A DNA stretch of 64,000 nucleotides from Marine Group II euryarchaeote MED-G35 (GCA_002457155.1 NTJS01000001.1:2534-66533), one strand, 5' to 3'; shown: positions 30,001-38,840, counted from the first letter of the stretch. Numbers and translations are program-made. Notes: generated from the letters alone by a model not told the origin.

Positions 30001-33000
30001 TCTACCAAGCTGTATGGGACCGCGGGGTCCTAGGCCAGGCACTCCTCTTCCCCGAGTACTATGACGTGGACAACGATAACGATGGAGTGCCCGATGGGGA
30101 GGACCCAGACGATGACAACAATGGCTTGCTAGATGAAATCCAGGAAGCGTTCCCAGGCTGTTTTACAGGCGAGGAGCAGAGCCCTTGGGACCACGACAAC
30201 GACGGGATCTTGAATTGGGCTGACGACGATTGGGACGGGGATGGAATACCCAATTCCCTGGAGCTCCAGAACCTGAACGATACGCAAGGGACGGCCGACC
30301 CAATCGACGATACCTGCTGTCTGAACTTCCCGATAGCCCCTTGGGACCACGACAACGACGGCATCAGGGATGACTTGGATGATGACGATGACTACGACGG
30401 CATGAAGGACGAGGACGAAGTGATGCTCTGGCCTTCGAGGTTCGGATCAGAATCGACAAACCCATGGGACCACGATGACTTCGGAGGAGGGGTAGGTCTA
30501 GCCAATCCGACAAACAACTCGACCGGGCCCGACTACTTCGACGTGGACGACGACAACGACGGCAGGGAAGACACGGATTGGAACAACCCCTCCCCGGGCG
30601 ACTGGCCCACCCCAGCAAACAAGATCGAGGAGTCTTCCGGATTGAGCTCAGATTGGGACCACGACAACGACGGCCTCCTTGATCACGACGACAAGATACC
30701 AACTAGAATCACTCTGAATACACAATCAGTCCTGTGGTTGGACGAGACAACACCGGCGATATTCAATGGCTCCGTTTTCTGGCTGGACGACACCGGATTC
30801 GTCCCCGCTTCAGACCTCCCAGTACAGGTCCACATCAGATATATCGAGAATGGGACTTCGGTTATCGAGACCATAGACGTGCTGACCAATGCCAACGGAG
30901 AGTACGTCGTAGGACAATTCCTGTTCCCCCAAGACATCGACGTAGGATCAAACTCCACCTACGAGGTATACGCAGAGGTCACAGAGATGTTCATCCACGA
31001 TTACAGCTCAACCCTGACAGATTCCGATGGCGATGGAATCGGTGACTCCGGATTCCCCGTGGAGGTCAGGGCGAACACCACCATAGGTTTCGTCTCCGGA
31101 CAGAGATTCAGGGCCGACGAACAGCCCCTGAAGCTCGATTTCAAGGTTCACTACACAGCAGACTACAATCGCGGAATATTCGACAACAGACTTCCATTCG
31201 CTCCAGTCTCCTTCACCATAAGCGACCCCGGAACCCAGTTCGGGAACATCTCTGAACCAACGGTATACGATGGATACGGAAATGGGTACAGGGCCGACTC
31301 AGGAGGATGGGTTTCTTTGGCATACAACCAGTCATTGGATCTGTGGGAGCAGGTGCAGTGGAACTCCCTTCTTGACAACGGCCCCGGAATACCAACAGGT
31401 GGGTACGAGGAGATTGTGTGGAATCCATGCACACCTCTGAATCCTGTTGGATCGCACTCCGTACTAGCGCCTTATGAATACAAGAACACAACTCTTCCAG
31501 TAGGGGACTACAGCTTCATTGGATACGCCAGACCAGATCTCGGCGGTTGTACTGACGGCTCATACGAGTGGCCATGGGCCCATCTAGAGGGATCCAAGAC
31601 TGACACGTTCTTCATTCGCGCGATGCACAGGATGTACATCGAGGCGGACATGTTCGCACCCTCGTTCAGACCAGTCTATTTCTGGGACGCGACCCAGTTC
31701 ACCGGCTCGTCCTTCGGCGCGTGGCGTGCCCTGTTCCACGCTCCCTCTCTAGCAAACTCGGGAACCACGTTCGAGGAAGCCAGCCTTGGGAAGCCCTACC
31801 CAATCCTATGGGACGGGACCCCGGCAGCATTGTCGGGAATCGCTGCAGGGGCGCTTTCCTCCTTCTTGACTGCCAATGGGACCCATTGGACCATTACACT
31901 TCAGAACGGGGCAGATTTCGACTCCCCTCCATGCGGCCCAGTCGACCCATTGGTATCATCCAGCGAAGTCCGATGCGAGATAGTCCCCGAGGTGTTCACC
32001 GGAGAGAAAATCAGGGTCAAGGGACACGTATGGAACAGGACTGTAGACCCTGTTTACCAGATCAATGGCAATCCAATCTCCGTAGCACTTCAGTTCGACT
32101 TCGACCGGAATGGCATTTTCGTCGGGTCAACCGAGACCCAATTCAGCAAGTGGCCGTCCCCCGTCGACGGCCTTGCAACCTTCGACTATGAATTCACGTG
32201 GGAGTCACAATGGCAGGCGCAAACATATGGGGTGAGAGCAGACTTCAGCCAATCTGACTACTTCTTCACGGGTGATCAAGACCAAGTTCTTGCCGCCACC
32301 GGAGCGTATGGTAACGTTTCCGTAATCGGCACAACTGAATTCACCGAACTGAGCTCTCTCCCTAGGTTGTACAGGGGGCAGAACACATCAGTCCAGGTCC
32401 GACTAGTTGACAACGCCTACCAACCCGTGCGCGAGGTCCCCGTGAATTGGACATGGTCGGAGGACCAGTCCAGTGGAGTCTCAATTACGGACAACAACGG
32501 CCGATTCAGGGTAAATCTGACTGACATAGAAAACCTCGGGAACTTCACCCTCGGGTTCACATACCTAGGAGACGAACGCCGCCAAGGAAACCATGCAGAG
32601 GTCAGCCTATGGGTTGTCTCCCGGACGTACATCAACGTCCAAAGCACGAGTCCCAACATTAGATCAAACGGTGATTTGTGGGAATTCACCGCCGTTGTTA
32701 CGGATGATAACAGAACCCCGTTCGAGAAAGACGGGGGGCAGGTACTGAATAGCTGTGCAGGAGAAATGCAGAGCCCGGGCGGCAACGACTTAGGAGGAAA
32801 CGTCACGGTCATCTTCGAAGGAATCGACTTCGAGGACAGGACACACAGACAGATAGTCTCCGTAGAGTGCCCTGCTTCCGGCTCTATAGGGTACGGACGA
32901 TATCTAGACCCCCAACTACTGAAGGACGACCCCTTCTCGTTCCTCCCAGACGGTTTCGGCCCGGTGAACGTGATTCTGAGGTTCGAGCAGAACCTCCCTC

Positions 33001-34949
33001 ACGAGGGCTGCGACCCCCTGGATTCAGGCATGCTCTCCACATCGGGGGCATGGGATCCCTGTGTGACCATCCTGAATAGCGATCACTACAGGAAGGTCCT
33101 CCAGTTCCAAGTCGACGGCTTCAGTCTGATCGGCAATACAGAACTCGATGTCGATCAGCAGATCGTCTACACATCAGAGATAGACCCAAACACCGGTCAG
33201 ATTCTGGAGAAGCCAATGATCGTCACCGGCCAACTAACCGATGAACTAGGAGGCAACCTATCCAACAGGCAGATCAGAGTCACCTTCGAGATGGGGTCAA
33301 TGGTATTCGACCCAATAGAAAACAGAATGAAATTCAGAGCAGGGGACACAGGCGTAGAGGCGTGCATACCAGGGGCAACCGATGGAAACGGATTCTTCGA
33401 CATCAATTGCCCCCTTGCCGGAGTAGATGCTGGAATGGCCAAGGTGAAGGTTGAGTACAACTCCTGGGACCCATTGAACAACGATCGCTACAGGTACAAG
33501 AACAAGACACAGACGATGTTCTTCCCGGTGTTCTCAAACTCCACAATAGACGTCTCTGAGGTTGGTCCCTTCAGGTCCGACTACCTGACCTACACCTTCC
33601 CCAATGGGTCAACCTTCGATGTACTATACCTCAAAGAAGCATTCCACATCAATGCCAAGCTTTCCCAGTCAAACGGAAAGCCAGTAGGTGGCAAGTGCGT
33701 TAACATCTACCTGGACCCCGAGGTAAACACCAGGCCGATCGCGACAGCGTTCACTAGCGATGGAACCGGCGAGTTCGTTTGGTACTCAGCCGACCCCGAT
33801 GACAACCCAAGTAGGAGAGGGGTCGAGCCAAGCGGCAACAATCTCGAAGGGTTCAGGACGGTCAGAGTAGCATACGAACCGGAGAAGTACGTGCCAGGGG
33901 GATGCGACTATGAGGCACTAGAGCCGAACCCAGTGCTAAACAGCTCCATAGCCGACATCGAGGTCCTAGTCAGAAGCAAGGTAGACATTCTCCTGAAGGA
34001 ACACTGGTCGAGCCCGACCGGATACCAATTGGACGACATCATCGCCGGAGAGGTCGCGATCCTCAGGGATCGTTTGGACCTCACAGTGGAGGGCCAGAGG
34101 GTCGAGTTCCATAGGCAGTTCTGGAATGGGTCGGGATGGCAGACCGAGCGGGTCGAGATATTCATCACCAACGAAAGGGGCTCTGCGAACTTCTCATTCC
34201 CATACACAGGCGAGCTCATCCCAGGCCACCCAGAATGGTCTGCCCCCGGAGGTAAATGGAGGGTTCTGGTCCATTTCGAGTCAGCAGATGCGAACAAGCC
34301 TTACTTCGTCGAGCAGTGGCTGAACAGCACTCCCGAGATTAAACTCGGAGAGCCGCCATCTGGTAGCAGCGGAGGCCTCTGGACCACCCAAGCCCTAGTT
34401 CTGGCGGGCATCTCCCTTTCCACCGTGACCTTAGTCGGCGCAATGATGTACAACAACTACAGGGAGCGCCGCAAGGTAGAGATCCTCCGAGGTATACTGA
34501 CTGACGCACTAATGTCACTCAAGGCCTCCAACAACTACATCGAGGCCATTTTCTCCTGCTACAAGGACCTAATCAAGTACTTCAGAATGAAAGGCGCGAT
34601 GAAGAAGGTATTCGAGACAACAAGGGAGTTCGAGGACGTAATTAACAACATGCTGGGAGGAGTCGTCCCACCAGAGGAGCTAGACATGTTCTTCTCCATC
34701 TTCGAGGAGGCTCGATACTCAGACCACGAGATCGGCTCCGAGGAGAGGGACAGGGCCATCCAAATATTCCAATCGATGATTGGCAGGATGAATAGCTCTC
34801 TCGGAGAGAGTATGCTAAACAGAGCGTCAGTAGCCGAGTCTTCCCTGTACGGGGAATCCGTCAAGGCAGGCCAGTTCGTTGATGCAGAGGGCAATGTCAG
34901 GTTCGCCGGCGTCGACGATGCCGATGAAGACGACGGGTTCCGGATTTGA
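27039..34949 (+). CDS. giant (2636 aa) membrane-anchored surface protein built from aspartate-rich calcium-binding (thrombospondin-type-3-like) repeats plus Ig/beta-sandwich modules, with a C-terminal TM and cytoplasmic tail
   Basis: N-terminal signal/anchor 'ILPAISIIALMLLSTQLSIMP'. Dozens of 'DHDNDGIxDxxDxDDDNDGI' units between about 27400 and 30700, and many N-x-T/S sequons. C-terminal TM 'LWTTQALVLAGISLSTVTLVGAMMY' is followed by 'NNYRERRK' and a roughly 170-aa tail. Confidence 0.8.
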   Translation: MICMISKEERNTNKRILPAISIIALMLLSTQLSIMPESGDSPERTRTDDTPKRTAYQQLEQIGGPVQGDGQNQPASTNPFQEAAFHDPFYNDPAAIYGKVSDTSALTLDPSYGFFLEETNTEDHDNDGIDDLNDLDDDNDGINDLIERFDGCYGTDPLDHDNDGIQDEFDWDDDNDGILEGPVDYSQGNDPWNVSSDRHVDPTTIHPWTGQAVGFNYLVDQNPMDHDNDGIPDEDIDGSGRGSYDEDDDNDGRIDQFVWPCDFDSDGIQDYFDLDDDNDGVDDIDDIHPWDSTQTSLITSVSGILWDDWERWDPEDYGEYVDGLDYVALHALEHPRMQAFTEIVDGDLDGDGIPNFLDPDNDNDGAPDSSDTDDDNDGLADMYDVDDDNDGIPDSCRQLDTNGDGQRDYPTQVFNGSVVDIQTPGTDCEIDYDGDLDDDRFRSIDADYDMVWDWLDTDMGGSENPDNLMGGSQPWDLDDDGLENEFDPYPLNSSAEVATWDCASVSNPNPQNPSDKCVLWRTSYTGFNDWDGDGLNNWVDMDDDGDGILDWLDIDPDCDLDNDADLHELNGSMYRDDGANDIDTDVDGDGLANDEDWDDDNDGINDFYDPDDGNCGVVDTDNTDNFWGNSWPQNDGDAIDGSEDSAAYAAVPHYYWNLTWGFNPFNQDNSFMLDYNGYDPTSLDSISGTIPEMYWFLMMKWSPYNGGNFFDIDDDGDSLVNGIDVDQDGDGMPDWWDQDEGNDGVLDVDDVKMGGSLDGNSCGTVILSAAQERFCGHLYGYAFKAPLLTPTQSGGQSYTVPYSTRPDAEWDDGAYDGTNHPTGMGSCDMNCFWFTFDPTSNPSPSVAYTYVDMKHNRDLWIAYLGVTQFGFFQWTSDNNGNFFPDEIADELNDDVDPDIDCGQPMPEVSWTPNCMYNNTNDLDDDWDIVYDHFDVDDDNDGVWDYFEVDTNDDLDDDATVEEPYYFTGSNCEDNDDDGLDTDPDDDGIYQAVWDRGVLGQALLFPEYYDVDNDNDGVPDGEDPDDDNNGLLDEIQEAFPGCFTGEEQSPWDHDNDGILNWADDDWDGDGIPNSLELQNLNDTQGTADPIDDTCCLNFPIAPWDHDNDGIRDDLDDDDDYDGMKDEDEVMLWPSRFGSESTNPWDHDDFGGGVGLANPTNNSTGPDYFDVDDDNDGREDTDWNNPSPGDWPTPANKIEESSGLSSDWDHDNDGLLDHDDKIPTRITLNTQSVLWLDETTPAIFNGSVFWLDDTGFVPASDLPVQVHIRYIENGTSVIETIDVLTNANGEYVVGQFLFPQDIDVGSNSTYEVYAEVTEMFIHDYSSTLTDSDGDGIGDSGFPVEVRANTTIGFVSGQRFRADEQPLKLDFKVHYTADYNRGIFDNRLPFAPVSFTISDPGTQFGNISEPTVYDGYGNGYRADSGGWVSLAYNQSLDLWEQVQWNSLLDNGPGIPTGGYEEIVWNPCTPLNPVGSHSVLAPYEYKNTTLPVGDYSFIGYARPDLGGCTDGSYEWPWAHLEGSKTDTFFIRAMHRMYIEADMFAPSFRPVYFWDATQFTGSSFGAWRALFHAPSLANSGTTFEEASLGKPYPILWDGTPAALSGIAAGALSSFLTANGTHWTITLQNGADFDSPPCGPVDPLVSSSEVRCEIVPEVFTGEKIRVKGHVWNRTVDPVYQINGNPISVALQFDFDRNGIFVGSTETQFSKWPSPVDGLATFDYEFTWESQWQAQTYGVRADFSQSDYFFTGDQDQVLAATGAYGNVSVIGTTEFTELSSLPRLYRGQNTSVQVRLVDNAYQPVREVPVNWTWSEDQSSGVSITDNNGRFRVNLTDIENLGNFTLGFTYLGDERRQGNHAEVSLWVVSRTYINVQSTSPNIRSNGDLWEFTAVVTDDNRTPFEKDGGQVLNSCAGEMQSPGGNDLGGNVTVIFEGIDFEDRTHRQIVSVECPASGSIGYGRYLDPQLLKDDPFSFLPDGFGPVNVILRFEQNLPHEGCDPLDSGMLSTSGAWDPCVTILNSDHYRKVLQFQVDGFSLIGNTELDVDQQIVYTSEIDPNTGQILEKPMIVTGQLTDELGGNLSNRQIRVTFEMGSMVFDPIENRMKFRAGDTGVEACIPGATDGNGFFDINCPLAGVDAGMAKVKVEYNSWDPLNNDRYRYKNKTQTMFFPVFSNSTIDVSEVGPFRSDYLTYTFPNGSTFDVLYLKEAFHINAKLSQSNGKPVGGKCVNIYLDPEVNTRPIATAFTSDGTGEFVWYSADPDDNPSRRGVEPSGNNLEGFRTVRVAYEPEKYVPGGCDYEALEPNPVLNSSIADIEVLVRSKVDILLKEHWSSPTGYQLDDIIAGEVAILRDRLDLTVEGQRVEFHRQFWNGSGWQTERVEIFITNERGSANFSFPYTGELIPGHPEWSAPGGKWRVLVHFESADANKPYFVEQWLNSTPEIKLGEPPSGSSGGLWTTQALVLAGISLSTVTLVGAMMYNNYRERRKVEILRGILTDALMSLKASNNYIEAIFSCYKDLIKYFRMKGAMKKVFETTREFEDVINNMLGGVVPPEELDMFFSIFEEARYSDHEIGSEERDRAIQIFQSMIGRMNSSLGESMLNRASVAESSLYGESVKAGQFVDAEGNVRFAGVDDADEDDGFRI
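27400..30690 (+). repeat. intragenic imperfect tandem repeats (GACGACGACAACGACGG-centred) encoding DxDxDG units
   Basis: 'gacgacgacaacgacgg(c/a)atc' and close variants recur more than 20 times. They generate spurious long antisense ORFs such as 27471..27902(-) and 29571..30008(-). Confidence 0.8.
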
Positions 34950-34977
34950 CCCAGTCTTGGTAGTGGTGCTGCTTTGC

Positions 34978-34991
34978 CGCCCCTAGGGGCG
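34978..34991. other. perfect 14-bp GC palindrome (cgcccctaggggcg) downstream of the giant gene; possible hairpin/terminator or protein-binding site
   Basis: Seen directly; preceded by the T-containing stretch 'gctgctttgcc'. Located between the stop at 34949 and the rpl18e start at 35051. Confidence 0.25.
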
Positions 34992-35050
34992 CCCGCAGGA
35001 TTCATAACACCGACTTGGGTGGCCGCGATACCTAACCATGAGGGGATGCT

Positions 35051-35416
35051 ATGAGTAAGACAGACAGGAAGACCAATGCAGCACTCGTTTCCCTCATCGG
35101 CGATTTGAAGAATCAAGGGCGTTCAACGGGTTCCCCAATCTGGAGGGACACCGCATCAAGACTGGAGACCAGCAGGAAAAACTGGGCCCAACCCAACCTG
35201 AGCCACATCTCCCGTCACTCTGCAAAGAAGGAGACCGTACTCGTACCCGGGAAGGTCCTGGGAAGTGGGGAGATAAGCGGCGGTCAGACGGTCGCAGCAT
35301 TCAGCTTCAGCGATGGTGCCAAGACCAAGATCGAGGCATCCGGAGGAAGAACACTCAGTATCAGGGAACTCATGGAAGAGAACCCCAACGGAAAGGGGGT
35401 GCGAATCCTTGTCTGA
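35051..35416 (+). CDS. rpl18e: 50S ribosomal protein L18e
   Basis: 'MSKTDRKTNAALVSLIGDLKNQ...' fits the L18e N-terminus, and 'SRLETSRKNWAQPNLSHISR' is basic. Preceded by a 'gaggggatg' RBS. Confidence 0.85.
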   Translation: MSKTDRKTNAALVSLIGDLKNQGRSTGSPIWRDTASRLETSRKNWAQPNLSHISRHSAKKETVLVPGKVLGSGEISGGQTVAAFSFSDGAKTKIEASGGRTLSIRELMEENPNGKGVRILV

Positions 35417-35423
35417 GTCAACG

Positions 35424-35891
35424 ATGGTATTCGATGCCACAGACAAGATCCTAGGTCGCCTAGCCAGCCAGGTTGCCAAGCAGATGATTTCAGCTAGGAA
35501 GTCAGGCAGGCAGCAGAGGGTCATCATCATCAATGCCGAGGACGCAATAGTCTCGGGCCCGAGGACCAAGGTCCTAAGCGACTACAGGGCGAAGTACAAG
35601 CTCAACCACGCAAGGAAGGGGCCATTCTTCCCAAGGATGCCTGATAAGATAATCAAGAGAACAGTCAGGGGGATGCTCCCATACCAGAAGAACAGCAGCG
35701 GCAGAGGGGCTCTAAGGGACCTGAGGGTAATGATAGGCACCCCACAGAACCTGTCCAAAGACGACCTCCCAGAAGGGCACGAGTGGGGCTCGACCGAGCA
35801 CATCACTCGCAACACCCCTAACAAGTACGTTCGACTCGGCGAGATAAGCTCCCACCTGGGAGTGGACGCATCTAGATGGGGAGGCGAGTGA
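35424..35891 (+). CDS. rpl13: 50S ribosomal protein L13 (uL13)
   Basis: 'MVFDATDKILGRLASQVAKQM...IINAEDAIVSG' followed by 'YRAKYKLNHARKGP'. The start is the internal ATG of ORF 35313. Confidence 0.9.
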   Translation: MVFDATDKILGRLASQVAKQMISARKSGRQQRVIIINAEDAIVSGPRTKVLSDYRAKYKLNHARKGPFFPRMPDKIIKRTVRGMLPYQKNSSGRGALRDLRVMIGTPQNLSKDDLPEGHEWGSTEHITRNTPNKYVRLGEISSHLGVDASRWGGE

Positions 35892-35892
35892 A

Positions 35893-36330
35893 TTGGCAAA
35901 GAAGAAGACTCCCAAGGTCGTGAACACCAGCGGCAAGCGCAAGACAGCGATTGCCCGCGCGACAATCAAGGCAGGCAAGGGAAGGGTGAGGGTTAACGGG
36001 AAACCAATCCACATCATGGAACCAGAGCTAGCTCGAAGAAAGGCACTGGAGCCAATCAGGATCGCCGAGGCCATGAACAGAATAGATAGAGTGGACATTT
36101 CCATCGACGTCAAGGGTGGCGGACAGATGGGACAAGTCGACGCAATCCGCACTGCAATAGCCCGTGGCCTGGTGAAGTATAACGACGGCGCAGAGGGAGA
36201 TGACGAGGAGCTCAGAGACGAGTTCGTCAGGTTCGAGAGGAAGATGCTGGTCAACGATCCACGTAGAAAGGAGCCCAAGCATCAAATGGGACGCGGTGCT
36301 CGTAAGAAGTGGCAGAAGTCGTATAGGTAG
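35893..36330 (+). CDS. rps9: 30S ribosomal protein S9 (uS9), TTG start
   Basis: 'VNTSGKRKTAIARATIKAGKGRVRVNG' and C-terminal 'RRKEPKHQMGRGARKKWQKSYR'. Confidence 0.9.
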   Translation: MAKKKTPKVVNTSGKRKTAIARATIKAGKGRVRVNGKPIHIMEPELARRKALEPIRIAEAMNRIDRVDISIDVKGGGQMGQVDAIRTAIARGLVKYNDGAEGDDEELRDEFVRFERKMLVNDPRRKEPKHQMGRGARKKWQKSYR

Positions 36331-36339
36331 GTGGAAGAA

Positions 36340-36546
36340 ATGCTAATCCCAGTAAGATGTTGGAGTTGTGGAAAGGTGATTGCTCACAAGTATCAGGAGT
36401 ATCTGGATGCAGTGGAAGAGGGAAAGGACGCAGGTCAGGTACTACACGATCTGGGCTTTGAGAGATATTGCTGCAGGCGTATGTTCGTCGGGCACATCGA
36501 CCTCATCGACGAGGTCGCCCCATTCAGCATCGATAGGCAGCAATGA
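36340..36546 (+). CDS. rpoN: DNA-directed RNA polymerase subunit N (Rpo10/Rpb10)
   Basis: 'MLIPVRCWSCGKVIAHKYQEY...RYCCRRMFVGHIDLID' is a CX2C...CC zinc bundle. Confidence 0.85.
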   Translation: MLIPVRCWSCGKVIAHKYQEYLDAVEEGKDAGQVLHDLGFERYCCRRMFVGHIDLIDEVAPFSIDRQQ

Positions 36547-36594
36547 GGTCCGTCAGGGCTTTGACTGATTGCTCGCTCGCATTGAGCCCAATTG

Positions 36595-36672
36595 GGGCCT
36601 GTAGGTTAGTTTGGCCTATACTTCGCGGCTGGGGGTCGCGCGACCCAGGTTCAAATCCTGGCAGGCCCACCA
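36595..36672 (+). tRNA. tRNA-Pro (anticodon GGG), CCA encoded
   Basis: Manually folded. Acceptor GGGCCTG/CAGGCCC. Anticodon stem CGCGG/TCGCG with loop CT-GGG-GG. T-arm CCAGG-TTCAAAT-CCTGG. 11-nt D-loop with the conserved GG. Discriminator A followed by CCA. Confidence 0.8.
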
Positions 36673-36728
36673 CACTTTAGGCCAATGCAGAAGGTCAGTT
36701 TGAAGGCCCTCGCCCCCTTTGCACAATC

Positions 36729-38840
36729 ATGAGTGATGGCCATCCAGAGGAAGGCATCCCCGATGCCCGAATCGAGTGGTTGGCGAAGCAACTTGAGAAG
36801 CACTCTGAGCTATACTACAACAGGGCCAAGCCAGAGATCTCAGATGCTGAATTCGATGCACTAAGGGATGAGCTTCAGAGTCTGTCTCCGGATAATCCAC
36901 AATTGAGCAGAGTCGGCTCCGACCCGCCTCCAGGTTCGACTAAGGTGGATCACCTGTTCAGAATGATGAGCCTGGATAAGGCTACCTCAGATGCCGAAGT
37001 GGCTCATTTCGTTGCAGAGACCACTGCCAAGGGGCGCAGGTTCGTTTGCCAACCAAAGCTCGACGGCTCTGCCCTTTCCCTCGAGTACCGCAGAGGCAGG
37101 CTTGTCAGGGCCGCTACGAGGGGTAATGGGAGAAGGGGGGAGGATGTTACCGCTAATGCAAGGAGGATGATGAACGTGCCCGAGAAACTCGATTGGAAGG
37201 GGGACTGCCATGTCAGGGGCGAGGTCGTAATGCCCCTGCAACTATTCAGGGAGAAGTACTCGGAGGTCGCACCAAACCCAAGAAACCTCGCAGCAGGAGC
37301 CCTGCGTCAGAAGTACATAGATGCTGGAAAGGGAAGACCAGAGGACCTGAAGTTCCTGGCATATGGCGTAGAGTTCCCCATAGGCCAGGACCGCCACCCA
37401 GAGAGTCCAGGCCCACCAGATTTCAAACTCGACTCTGAAGTCATCTCTTGGATTAGTGAATTGGGGATAGAGGCCGCAGGAAACGACTCGGTCTCGGGCG
37501 AGGACGACTCATCCACAACCGAAGCCATCCTCGCTGTGACAAGGGAATGGTTCCAATCCAGAGACTCTGCCGAATGGGAGATTGACGGGGTGGTTGTGAA
37601 GTTGGACCGCCTCGACAAGAGAGCCCTGCTTGGCGAGACAGCACATCACCCTCGATGGGCCTTGGCATGGAAGTTCCCACCAGAGGAGGCTGTCACTGTA
37701 CTGATGGATGTATTCTGGCAGACTGGGAGGACGGGAAACGTGACCCCAGTGTCACGAGTCGCTCCGGTAGTCGTATCTGGCGTCACGGTCGAAAACACCA
37801 CACTCCACAACAAGGGCGAGGTCGAGCGCCTCGGTATAATGGTGGGAGACCGGGTCAGGGTGGTCAGGCGAGGGGACGTGATCCCGAAAATCACGGAGGT
37901 GATGGGGCCGGCAGACGAGGACGACCTGTCAGGCAGGTCGCACTCCGACGGCACCCCCTTCTCAGAATCATTACCTGCTAGATCATCGATCTTAGTACCG
38001 ACAAACTGCCCTCGCTGCTCAACAGAACTCATCGTGGATGGAGCCTTCATCAGATGCACGAACATAGAATGCCCATCTCGCCTGGAGAGGGCAATACTGT
38101 ACTGGTGCAGGAAGCTAGGGATGGACGGCATCGGTGAGAAGCTGGCTGAACAGCTATGCTCATCCGGACTGGTATCGACTCTGGCCGATCTCTACCGGCT
38201 TGAGGATCGTGAACGTGAACTGATAGGACTAGAGAGGATGGCACAGAAGTCAGCCAGCAACGTCCTGGAGGAGCTCAACTCAACTAGGTCAATGACATTC
38301 AGCACCTTCATCTCTGCTCTCGGACTCCCACGGATAGGCCCCGAGATAGCCACACTGGTCTGCTCTGAGGTGAGGGACCTCGAGGAGCTAATCCAGATGA
38401 CAGAAGACAGGGAGGCTGCTATTCGGAGGCTCGTCTCAATCGACAGGGTGGGCGAGACCGTGGCAACACTTCTCCTCGATGGAATATCCGAGAGGAAGGA
38501 CGCGATAATCGACCTCCATGACCAGATCGAGATCATACAAGGAGAGCAACCGACCAGCGAAGGAGTACTATCCGGCTCCACATTCTGCATCACCGGATCG
38601 CTCAGCAGACCCAGAAAGGAGATATCCCTATCCATCAAGTCACAAGGCGGCAAAGTAGTGTCTTCGGTCTCTGGGAGCCTCGGCTTCCTAGTCGCGGGCG
38701 AGTCATCCGGTTCGAAGCTGGAAAGGGCGAACAGGCTGGGTGTGCGTGTGATTTCCGAGTCGGAGTTGGACGAGATGCTGGGCGGATCCATCCTCGAGGA
38801 CCTACCAGAAGAGAGGCAGTCCACGCTCGGTGAGTTCTGA
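36729..38840 (+). CDS. ligA: NAD-dependent DNA ligase LigA (full length: adenylation, OB, Zn finger, HhH, BRCT)
   Basis: Adenylation motif 'CQPKLDGSALSLEY' (KxDG), then 'RGNGRRGEDVT' and 'WKGDCHVRGEVVM'. Zn finger 'CPRCSTELIVDGAFIRCTNIECP', HhH repeats, and a BRCT 'FCITGSLSRPRKEI...LVAGESSGSKLERANRLGVRVISESEL'. Confidence 0.9.
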   Translation: MSDGHPEEGIPDARIEWLAKQLEKHSELYYNRAKPEISDAEFDALRDELQSLSPDNPQLSRVGSDPPPGSTKVDHLFRMMSLDKATSDAEVAHFVAETTAKGRRFVCQPKLDGSALSLEYRRGRLVRAATRGNGRRGEDVTANARRMMNVPEKLDWKGDCHVRGEVVMPLQLFREKYSEVAPNPRNLAAGALRQKYIDAGKGRPEDLKFLAYGVEFPIGQDRHPESPGPPDFKLDSEVISWISELGIEAAGNDSVSGEDDSSTTEAILAVTREWFQSRDSAEWEIDGVVVKLDRLDKRALLGETAHHPRWALAWKFPPEEAVTVLMDVFWQTGRTGNVTPVSRVAPVVVSGVTVENTTLHNKGEVERLGIMVGDRVRVVRRGDVIPKITEVMGPADEDDLSGRSHSDGTPFSESLPARSSILVPTNCPRCSTELIVDGAFIRCTNIECPSRLERAILYWCRKLGMDGIGEKLAEQLCSSGLVSTLADLYRLEDRERELIGLERMAQKSASNVLEELNSTRSMTFSTFISALGLPRIGPEIATLVCSEVRDLEELIQMTEDREAAIRRLVSIDRVGETVATLLLDGISERKDAIIDLHDQIEIIQGEQPTSEGVLSGSTFCITGSLSRPRKEISLSIKSQGGKVVSSVSGSLGFLVAGESSGSKLERANRLGVRVISESELDEMLGGSILEDLPEERQSTLGEF

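Noticed and set aside
27471-30958. Multiple long antisense ORFs inside the giant repeat gene (27471..27902, 27682..27906, 28013..28240, 29571..30008, 29635..29913, 30059..30364, 30364..30702, 30683..30958)
   Set aside because: These are artefacts of GAC/GTC-rich repeats being open in several frames. Their translations are low-complexity Arg/Ser/Val strings.
35094-36285. Antisense ORFs over rpl18e/rpl13/rps9 (35094..35300, 35156..35569, 35582..35965, 35712..36278, 36028..36285)
   Set aside because: Ribosomal protein genes on the + strand are certain. The antisense ORFs are GC-frame artefacts.
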